Source: Azolla caroliniana (Eukaryota; Plantae; Polypodiophyta). From it: a stretch of DNA of 64,000 bases. A model generated the notes under the pieces. The model searched no databases. It worked only from the letters and a program-made list of their open reading frames with translations, and was not told the DNA's origin. Of the stretch, positions 41,436 to 50,890 are shown piece after piece (the stretch's first letter is position 1; each line of letters opens with the position of its first letter). Both the position numbers and the translations under genes were made by a program. The stretch lies in contig JBHGNT010000004.1 in the NCBI GenBank assembly GCA_043228905.1, forward strand, positions 2,852,001 to 2,916,000, given 5' to 3'.

Positions 41436-43066
41436 TGAAACCAAGACTCATAGAACGAAAGAAGGTGATGCATCATAGAGAGAAGTGTTTGAAGAGGCCC
41501 GAACAATACATGTGCTTAATGATAGATGGCATGGACCAGAAGAAGACGTGTTCACCACATATGCGGAGGCTCCCCAAAGATGTCAATGATGAGTGCCTTG
41601 TTCAAATGCACTTGGTGGGATGCTTGGCTTATAATAGGTCTGTTGGACCTCACGTTTTCATTACATACCCCAATGTTCACAATGACCCTAACCTAACAAT
41701 TACAGTGGCTCACCGAGTTTTCATGTCTTGGGGCCAACCTTTCCCCCCTGTTCTATACATTCAATTGGACAATACTGCTAGAGAGAACAAAAATTCAACT
41801 ATGTTTGGCTATCTAAGTATGTTGGTCAACCAAGGATTGTTTAGGAAAGTGAAAGTCAATTTTCTTTTGGTTGGCCACACACATGACCATATAGATCAGA
41901 TGTTTAGCACATTCTCCAGACAGTTGTCTCGGCATGATGCTTTCACTTTACCTAAACTATTTGATGTCATTTGTGATGCATATACACCACGCCCAAAAGT
42001 GTTACACTTGAAGGAGGTATATGACTTTAAGAGATATATATCAAATGGGGGTGGTGGGAATGTTAAAGTGCTTGCCCAGTTAAACAATATAAGTTTCAAT
42101 CACATTTTTATGATAAAGAAAAATGAAATAAGTGGTTCTACACTTTTGTATGCTAAACAATATTCATCTTCTACAACTTGGGAACCTGAAGGTGGTTTCC
42201 AGTTATTACTTTGTATGCCGAGTACAATTGTCCATGGAGCTAAGCAAATGCCAATTGAGAAGAAAGGACAGTTGCAAAGTGTCTTGATATCGGAACAAAA
42301 ACGGTCATGGCTCCAAGCCTTAGAAGAAAAAAGAAAGCATATTGAGGCCGCCAAGAAATATGCCGCACAACAAGACATGTCATGGTGGGATGTATTTTAT
42401 AGTGATCAGAAAGGAATTATAGACAATTGTGTATTTGGTGATAATTGGAATTTGGAAACGCCATTCACATGGTCGCTGCAACATGATCGTGTAAATAGAA
42501 CTCCGGAGCAACCACCAAATGCGATTAATGACAACTTGGTCCATCCACAACAAAGAGACATTTATGTGGGAACAAGGATGACCAAAGTAGCCGAAGCTAG
42601 ATGGCAAAGCAATTTGCAAGAGCTCACGGCGGGGATGTTGATTGCAACGCTGGCTGATGAGAACTCACATGGCCACCAATTTTGGGTGGGTAAAATTCTA
42701 GAAGTGCTAATGCATGAAATAGAAAACACGATCAAGTCTATAAACGTTCATTGGTACAACACTAGAAGTGCAAATGCTTTTACAGGTAAGTATACATTTG
42801 AGATGATTGAATGCCCAACAAGAAGGGGAGGTAGGAAGAGGATGCGAAACATTCGTAACACCTCGACCCTTGATATCTCTGATGTGGATATCATCGTGTA
42901 CGACTTCACACTTACAAAAGTCGGACGATTAAGGAAGTCAACAATAGATATAATAAAAGAAAAATTACCAAGTCTACAAGGTGGCTCGACTCAAAGGCAA
43001 ACGAGATCTGCTACATATAGTCTAGAGTCAAACCATCAATGGTTTATGACGAAGATAATGCACTAA
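41435..43066 (+). CDS. Sola-like (DUF7869-type) DDD transposase, N-terminus apparently deleted
   Basis: RNase H-type acidic motifs MIDGMDQKK, LYIQLDNTARENKN and FLLVGHTHDHIDQMFS; lies inside an element with TIRs and a 4-bp TSD. The ORF starts at a non-ATG codon abutting the opposite-strand gene. Superfamily assignment is from motif recall, not a database search. Confidence 0.78.
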   Translation: MKPRLIERKKVMHHREKCLKRPEQYMCLMIDGMDQKKTCSPHMRRLPKDVNDECLVQMHLVGCLAYNRSVGPHVFITYPNVHNDPNLTITVAHRVFMSWGQPFPPVLYIQLDNTARENKNSTMFGYLSMLVNQGLFRKVKVNFLLVGHTHDHIDQMFSTFSRQLSRHDAFTLPKLFDVICDAYTPRPKVLHLKEVYDFKRYISNGGGGNVKVLAQLNNISFNHIFMIKKNEISGSTLLYAKQYSSSTTWEPEGGFQLLLCMPSTIVHGAKQMPIEKKGQLQSVLISEQKRSWLQALEEKRKHIEAAKKYAAQQDMSWWDVFYSDQKGIIDNCVFGDNWNLETPFTWSLQHDRVNRTPEQPPNAINDNLVHPQQRDIYVGTRMTKVAEARWQSNLQELTAGMLIATLADENSHGHQFWVGKILEVLMHEIENTIKSINVHWYNTRSANAFTGKYTFEMIECPTRRGGRKRMRNIRNTSTLDISDVDIIVYDFTLTKVGRLRKSTIDIIKEKLPSLQGGSTQRQTRSATYSLESNHQWFMTKIMH

Positions 43067-43502
43067 TTGGTACATCCGAGGATGACGAGGAGGAATCGTC
43101 ATTGTATATTAGTTATAGTAGTGATTCTCTGTAACGGAGTGATCATGAATGTATTTTTGGTTATTAAGTGTAACTACATTCCGCTTGTAACAAATCGAGT
43201 AATATAAAAGCATGTGTTTTGAATTCTTATGATTTCTAAAAAATTGTTTCTTATAAAATAACATTAGTTGTAAAGTTTGTGATATAAATTGCGAATGTAA
43301 CTTTTTGCAATTCCTCATTTTTTAGTTACTTCTAAATCACAAAAATAGTGGATTTTTAACCTTTTTCATAGTATATTTGAACATGTATGATACTGGTATC
43401 AATGTATTTTGTAAAATCATTGAAAAAGTACTAAAATCAACCAAAATATTCCTGGTCCTTCCATTTATGCGCGATCCTTCCACTTGTGAACGTGAACGTG
43501 TT

Positions 43503-45431
43503 CAAACTTGGGCCAGATTTTCGTCCACACACATGTCAAACCACACCATCCTCCTTCTATATATTGCCAAACACCGGGCTTGTCCACATATTCTACCTTT
43601 AACTCCTCACACATTGCATTGAATGATGATTCAGTAATGCATTGCATCAGTTGGCACATTCGTTGATGGCTTCTCTCATTTGCACTTACTTTTGGCAACA
43701 AGTTGTCCACCCATGACTTTTTGGCGTGAAACTGACACAACAAAAGTCGACAATGTGTTTGGGACCATTGCCCATTTACAACAATCCAAGATTGATAGTC
43801 TGCTGCAACCACATTAGTTATGATGGCATTATATGATGTCCAACATTTATCGATCACTATCACATTTGGCCTCAGCATGGGCATCCTTGCGAATATGACT
43901 CTCAAACAAGTTTCTAATGCCACTTGCTCATGGTTTGACCCCTTATCAAAACTACAAAGCATGTACCATAATGGGATCCCAATTCCCATGGCGTTGGGGG
44001 CAACTGTTGTATATAATGGTAGCCCGAATTGGTTTGTTTTAAATGTCGAGTCGATTGCCCAAGAGTTGTTTAGGGTCAACTGCTCACACATTTCTAACAT
44101 CCATTGATCTTGAAGTATCAAGATAAATGGTTGTATGGCGGGAGATCTTGGTTCACCAGGCAGGTAGGGTTGAACATGAGCCACTTTCCAAAGATCTCGG
44201 AGTGCATAGACATCTTGCATCATCAAAGCCCAATCAACCTTAGTCATGGCACTCCCGATTTTTAACCTATTTGCCATGTTATGGACCTCCTTTGGTATCA
44301 TAAAGAACCGATAGGTAACAAGCTCTTATGGACTAGCCTTGGACTTATGATATGCTTCCTTACGCATGCTCATTCGTGCCACATGCCTTGCACACCCAAC
44401 ATCAAATAGGTCATCTTTGCAACAACTTATGACATTGGGCTGTACTGGCAAATAGTACACATCCGACCTACTCCATGGTACATGACCATTATGAGGTCCA
44501 TATATTGAAATGGTAAGTGTCTCAATGTCAACATCGTCATTGGATTGATTCTAACGTCCACATGGAATGTGCACCTGCGTCGTCGAGTGGAATTAGACGC
44601 AAGTCGAGATGTCCCAGCACGATGGCAACTATACCTAGTCACACACATACCCTTCTTGACTCCTTTCCTTAAACGTGTGTGGTACTTGGTTTGCAAATCC
44701 GTGAGCGCGTCATCTAATTGGTGGGTTTCTACCTTGATCACTTCTATGGGTAGGGTCTTGTTATATTTGACCATGCTTGATCCCAAACCTTCTATTGACT
44801 TGACCTTCGATACCGTTTGGCAACCACAACTTGTAATGAGTTCTTTCACGTACTCCGGTGGGATGCCATAATCATGTACATCAGTCGCATAAACTAGCTT
44901 TAACTCTTTAAGAGTCTTTGAAAACGTGTGATGGGATGTGTCACCATGTGACGCTAATACTACTTCCCTCCATTTCTTGATGTATAAGACTTGAAGATTA
45001 GGTGATGCTTTAAGGTAAATTGCACTCTCATTCCCGAGTATGAGACGACTCTTCATGCGCCTCCATGCATGAAGTGAAAGAGGTGCTCCCCTCGCGACAT
45101 CACGTAATGCTTCCAATGTTACCTTAACTTGTCCCAATAAATCTTTAATCATCAAATTATACGCACCTCTTGAAAATGCAAAATACCTGGGGGAACAATA
45201 CATGAAGGGATCGACCGCCTCATCCTCACGATCGGAATTTGATGACTCAAAAGGATCCTCCAATTCGGATGCATTGGATGACCATGACGTATCCTCCAAT
45301 TCATCTTCCGACATGGCAAAGACACCATGATGCATTGTGCTCTCCATAGCAAATACAATATGATCAAGAATGCCAGTGATTGAGGTGAATGAAATCAAAT
45401 GAATTGAAGTGAATGAATTCAAATAATTCAC
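43503..45431 (-). pseudogene. Element 2 MULE transposase, N-terminal part (frameshifted)
   Basis: 43465-44301 is collinear with element 1 (AIDSTFKTNQFGLPLY, IVIDK, LLCQFH). 44427-45431 carries an HHCC-like block (HGDTSHH..GIPPEYVKELITSCGC) and a WRKY/FAR1-like YSCHRAG..RRCTF zinc finger; frames are broken around 44300-44530. Confidence 0.85.
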
Positions 45432-46159
45432 ATGAATGGAGTAGATTAACGATCGAGAATGAGAGTGAATGATATGAGTGCGAGTTATTAATAGACTGTT
45501 AAGGAAGGGAATGGGTTAATTGGGAATGATGGGAAGACTCTTAGTGCATGCTACTGAATTTGGTGAATTAATTTACTGTAGTCGTTAATATGACTGTTGA
45601 GACGCCATCATTACACGTAGTTGGGCACTTCCCTATTACTGTGTCGGGCTCCCTTTTTAATGACTATTAATCAGTCGGGCTCCACATTAATGAGTCAGGC
45701 TCCCTTTTTTAATGAACATGAATGAGTCGGGCTCCACATTAATCAATTAGGCTCCCTTTTGAATAAGATTTACATTGAGTCTTGTTATGTCTTTTGTATT
45801 GTTTACAACAAGGACCGAAGCACTCTTTCTATATACTTACTCTTTCTACAACAACATTCTTTGTTTACAACACTCTTTCTATATACTTACTCTTTCTTGG
45901 CCTTTCTCAAAAACCATTGATTTGACTACTTGTCAATAAGCTATTAGTTTTATTCTTTTGACACCTAAAACAATTCCTAGGAGAGAAATACAATTCAAAT
46001 ATACAACCAAAATGAGATTCATAATGAGATTCAAATATTGATTTGATATTACAAAATGATTTTCAGATAGAGTCCACATTGAGTCATATACAACCAAAAT
46101 GAGATTCAAATATTGATTTGATATTACAAAAAAGTTTGAACCAATCCACATGTTTGATG

Positions 46160-46739
46160 TTACAAAGTACAACATGATTTTCCACATGTTCGAAGTGTGT
46201 CCGGAGTGTCTTTGAAGATCTTAATCGCTCTTGTCCTCAACTTCCTCATGTGTGATTGGCGTGATTTGTTGTACTTTAGCTCCGGATCCAAAAAACGCTT
46301 TATTGATCGTTGTCTTTGGTAGTGGCTGAGGAATGACGTGGTTGTACTCCTCATGGAGGTCGATTGCTCTTCTTCTTCTTCTATCTTTAGCCCCCGAGGC
46401 AGTACTACAAGAATGCCATGTGCCTTCTGTAAGTGAGCCTCCATGTCAGCTTTTTTGCGAAACCATCGTACCTCTTTTCTACATGAATCTCCAACGATAC
46501 ATGTGCGACATTTGATACCTGTCGAGTCTCTTCCCGCCTTGAAGAGGGACATGGGGTTCACTACAACAATGGTGTGACATTTGCATTAGAAAACCCCAAT
46601 AAATACTTACTTCAATAATGATTATAAGAATGTACATCAACTCACCATTTACACTGATATCTTCAACACCTGGCCCCACGTCATGTATGGGGTTCGTATC
46701 CATGTTCGAGTCTTCAGTAATGGTGTTTTCAGCATCCAT
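46160..46739 (-). pseudogene. Truncated accessory gene of element 2 (C2H2-like zinc finger), homologous to the 5' part of the element 1 Ulp1 gene
   Basis: LFKAGRDSTGIKCRTCIVGDSCRKEVRWFRKKADMEAHLQKAH aligns with element 1 LYKVGRDANGNKARACIYTEFCRLSPRWY; no Ulp1 domain follows in this copy. Confidence 0.6.
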
Positions 46740-46916
46740 ATTGTTGGATTTGGGGCACCTAGCACCCTTTCTTACAAAAACCCTAAACCATCATTCAAGT
46801 TAGCACACAAACATCACTATTTATACACAATATAAAGTTGAGAAATGATTCATGCCATACCTCCCTTCATAGGGTATTGTTTCACCCCAATCCGCATCAA
46901 AGTCTATGAAGGTCCA

Positions 46917-47731
46917 TGGAATAAAACCTAAACCTAATAGAAGGAATAAAAACCTAATATGGATGATGATTGCTTGAATACACATAGACAAGTATTATTT
47001 TTATTCCATGTCTACTCAAAATCATGGCTGATTGCTTGTAGTCACAATAGAAGGAATAAAACCATATTAGGTTCAAGCAATCATCCATATTAGGTTGATA
47101 GTTTTTATGACATGGAATAAAACCTAAACCTAATAGAAGGAATAAAAACCTAATATGGATGATGATTGCTTGAATACACATAGACAAGTATTATTTTTAT
47201 TCCATGTCTACTCAAAATCATGGCTGATTGCTTGTAGTCGCAATAGAAGGAATAAAACCATATTAGGTTCAAGCAATCATCCATATTAGGTTGATAGTTT
47301 TTATGACATGGAATAAAACCTAAACCTAATAGAAGGAATAAAAACCTAATATGGATGATGATTGCTTGAATACACATAGACAAGTATTATTTTTATTCCA
47401 TGTCTACTCAAAATCATGGTTGATTGCTTGTAGTCACAATAGAAGGAATAAAACCATATTAGGTTCAAGCAATCATCCATATTAGGTTGATGGTTTTTAT
47501 GACATGGAATAAAACCTAAACCTAATAGACGGAATAAAAACCTAATATGGATGATGATTTCTTGAATACACATAGACAAGTATTATTTTTATTCCATGTC
47601 TACTCAAAAGCATGGCTGATTGCTTGAAGACACAATAGAAGGAATAAAACCATATTAGGTTCAAGCAATCATCCATATTAGGTTGATGGTTTTTATGACA
47701 TGGAATAAAACCTAAATCTAATAGAAGGAAT
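46917..47731. repeat. 196-bp tandem array, ~4 copies (inside element 2)
   Basis: TGGAATAAAACCTAAA(C/T)CTAATAG starts at 46917, 47113, 47309, 47505 and 47701; near-identical ORFs recur with a 196-bp period. Confidence 0.95.
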
Positions 47732-48405
47732 ATGATACCTACCGACTAACTATTGCAGGTGCTCGCGGACAACAGGTGTTGTGCCTCACTGAAGATGTCT
47801 GCAACAGGTGCTCACAAACAGCAGGTGGTGCGCCTCGCTCAAAAACCCTAAACCCTCAACCTCACGCTTCTTGTTTGCGAACAGGAAAAAAATGACAAAA
47901 AAAGGGTTTTTATACTTCCCTCAAACTAATGAAAAGGGTTCCCTTTCACAAAGTGGAGCCCTTCTTTAATGAGACGGGCTCCGTTTTTAATGAGACGGGC
48001 TCCCTCTTTAATTGGCACGCTTTTTCGCACCTTTTCCACAACCACATTGGACGGTGCAGATCGCACGCGCCCTCATCTAGCGACCTGCACCGTCCCTCTC
48101 CGCGATTCCCTCACTTGCCCTCTTTAATATTTGGTAGTAGTTAGACACCACGTACATACATACATACATACTGATACATACTTATACATACATACATACA
48201 TACTGATACATACATGATACGTCTAATCGACTAAAAGAGAAGGGACATGGAGATTGGGAGTCCATGTATAAAGCGTTGTGCTGTTTTTAGACCTTAATGT
48301 CCTAGTGTGAAACCAAAGACTCACTTCAGAGGGTTTTTCTTAGAGCTAAGAGAAACAGAGACAAGAGACAGAGACAGAAACAGAGTGTGTGGGGAGGGGT
48401 GCAAA

Positions 48406-49194
48406 ATGGCACCAAGGAAGAGTGGGCTTCCTCGGAAGCGATTCTACAGAGCCCGAGCTCACAGTAACCCACTCAGCGACTCGCAGTTTCCTGTACCCAT
48501 CAGCCCCGACCTCGTGGATTGGTCGCAGAATTTCCCACACTTCTTTACCCCTGCAGAGGATGATGATGATGATGATGATGGTGAAAAGGCAGCCAAGAAC
48601 AGCGATTTGTCTGATCCAAAACAGGTAAGGTTTGCTGATATAGGATGTGGATTTGGCGGCCTCCTGGTAAAGTTGTCGCCCATTTTCCCAGACACATTAA
48701 TGGTAGGCATGGAGCTCAGAGACAAGGTTAGTGAATATGTGAAAGATCGAATTCTCGCGCTCCGAATGGAGCATCCTGGAGAGTTTCGGAACATCTCGAT
48801 TGTCCGCACCAATGCAATGAAATATCTGCACAACTATTTCCGGAAAGGCCAACTCGAGAAGATGTTCTTTCTGTTTCCGGACCCGCACTTCAAGGAGAGG
48901 AATCATAGAAGAAGAGTTATTAGCATTTCTTTGCTCGCGGAATATGCACATGTCATGTCGGTGGGTGGCATTCTATATACTATTACTGACGTCGAAGAGC
49001 TCGGTGAATGGATGAAGTCGTGCTTAGATAGTCATCCTTTGTTTGAGGAGGTTTCTTTGAAAGAACAAGAAGCTGACCCTGTTGTAAAGCTTTTGAAAAC
49101 GGCCACAGAAGAAGGACAAAAAGTGGAGAGGAACAGCGGAGACACATATCAATCTGTGTATCGTCGTGTGTCGGTAATCCGATCCAAGGAGTAG
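48406..49194 (+). CDS. TRM8: tRNA (guanine-N7)-methyltransferase catalytic subunit (TRM8/METTL1/TrmB family), intronless
   Basis: PRKRFYRARAHSNP, FADIGCGFGGLL, GMELR, RTNAMKYL, FFLFPDPHFK, YTITDV and TEEGQKVERN motifs; ATG at 48406. Confidence 0.96.
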   Translation: MAPRKSGLPRKRFYRARAHSNPLSDSQFPVPISPDLVDWSQNFPHFFTPAEDDDDDDDGEKAAKNSDLSDPKQVRFADIGCGFGGLLVKLSPIFPDTLMVGMELRDKVSEYVKDRILALRMEHPGEFRNISIVRTNAMKYLHNYFRKGQLEKMFFLFPDPHFKERNHRRRVISISLLAEYAHVMSVGGILYTITDVEELGEWMKSCLDSHPLFEEVSLKEQEADPVVKLLKTATEEGQKVERNSGDTYQSVYRRVSVIRSKE

Positions 49195-50468
49195 AGAAAA
49201 GTAATTGACATTAAGAATATATCACTCTTTCAGAGATTCGGCTTCTTGATATGTGAGTCATATAATTTTGAATCCTTATTATTGCATCTAGTAGTTATAG
49301 CTTTATGCTATATGAGTGATAAAATGGAAACAAAGTTAAATAACTATTAACACTTTTTGCGGTAATGTTCTTGTTATGGGAGTCCTACATATATAGATAG
49401 ATAGATGTAGATGTAGATATAGATATATAATAGTGTCATTGCAATGTGGATAGGTGGAGTAAATAACATCAATTTTGAGGATATTAACTTCTTGCTATGT
49501 GACCTATGTTTTGGAGTCTTTTCATGTTTGCATCCGGTCTAATTGCAATGCATATGCATAGACATTTCATTGAAACAAAACTAAATAACAGTTTTGCATC
49601 TGATGTTAAATAGCATATTTTGGTATGGTAGTTTTCTTCTTGTGAATTACATATGCAATAATTCAATGACATTTGTGGATGTGTAAATCAATTATACTTT
49701 TTGAAGTACATGGTGGTAACTTCTTTTTATGAGGTATCAAAGTTTCACTCTATTGTGACATCGTTTCCTTATTAATATACTTTGGTTTTCTCTAAATGAT
49801 GTGTCTTATTTCCCTTCTAAGTGTTTTGAATTAAGTACTAATTAGAGTGTTCTACCACATAACCAACAATTTGTGTGGCATGAAGTCTAATCCTCTCCTT
49901 GTCATCTGTTCTATCTGTTCTTTGTAGATTTGTGACCATCAATGACTTAGGGTATCGATCTTCCATGGGATGTGCCATTCCACCTTCTCTCCCTCACATG
50001 TAGAAATTATCACCATGCTCAACGGGATTTCTGATGTTGACCTTGACACCTCTCTAGAAGATTATTTTGCTCCAAGTACTGAAACCATATAAATACTTGA
50101 GACAGATGAACGAACATACACCTGATGCATTAATCACCGCCCAATTTATTGTGATGGTAACGTAAATTGAATCCCTTATTGTTTTGGCTTATGCTTGGGA
50201 TGTGTCAAAGTGAGAGATATGCACCTCCTAGCACATCCAAATAACAATGTTGAAGGAAGTGAACCACAATACAGATGTTGAAGCATTGTTTTAGGCTTAT
50301 GATTGGGATATGTTTTGGCCACATGTGGGTGTGTGCATCTCGAATAAGTATTTCATGAATTTGGCAAAGTTTCTCCATTTGTTGATGCCAACAATATATA
50401 TCAACAATTGCAACTTCATTGACACTATTGTTGATGCCATCTGCTTTTGACTTTTTATTCTTCATTTC

Positions 50469-50890
50469 CTCGAGTTGGCCTTTCCAGAAATAGTTGTGCA
50501 GATATTTCATTGCATTGGTACAGACAATGGAGATGTTCTAAAACTCCCCTGCATACTCCATAGACAGCATGAGATTTTGATCTTTCATGTATCTGAGCTC
50601 CATGCCTACCATTAATGTGTTTGGGAAAATGGGCGACAACTTTACCAAGAGACTGCCAAATCCACATCCTATATCAGCAAACCTTACCTGTTTTAGATCA
50701 GATGCATCATTGTTCTTGGCTGCCTTTTCATCATCTTCTTCTATGGTAAAAAAGTATCCAAAATTCTGCAACCAATCCATGTGGTCAGGGCTGATGGATA
50801 AAGGAAACTACAAGTCACTGAGAGGGTAACTATGAACTCGAGCTTTTTGTAGAAATGCTTTTGAGGAAGCCCACTCTTGCTTGGTACCAT
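50469..50890 (-). pseudogene. Inverted, truncated TRM8 pseudogene
   Basis: Reverse-complement copy of ~48406-48858 with frameshifts and a stop (KSGLPQKHFY, ARVHSYPLSD, KQVRFADIGCGFGSLLVKLSPIFP, MKYLHNYFWKGQLE); homology ends abruptly. Confidence 0.92.

Larger units (their letters stand above)
38483..43502. mobile_element. Nested Sola-like TIR DNA transposon carrying a DNA amino-methyltransferase gene
   Basis: 29-bp TIRs AACACGTTC(GT/AC)GTTCACAAGTGGAAGGAT at 38483-38511 and 43474-43502; 4-bp TSD CAAA at 38479-38482 and 43503-43506. Removing the element restores the host MULE frame WPKF-GRMF seen intact in element 1. Confidence 0.92.
37060..48152 (-). mobile_element. Mutator-like (MULE) DNA transposon, element 2, inserted in (TACA)n and interrupted by a nested element
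   Basis: Inverted repeats ~37068-37168 and ~48045-48144 (CTACCAAATATTAAAGAGGGCAAGTGAGGGAATCGCGGAGAGGGACGGTGCA); transposase homologous to that of element 1; flanked by TACA repeats. Confidence 0.88.

Noticed and set aside
46954-47579. Three near-identical 77-aa ORFs as a peptide gene cluster
   Set aside because: They are a by-product of the 196-bp tandem array and show no coding features.
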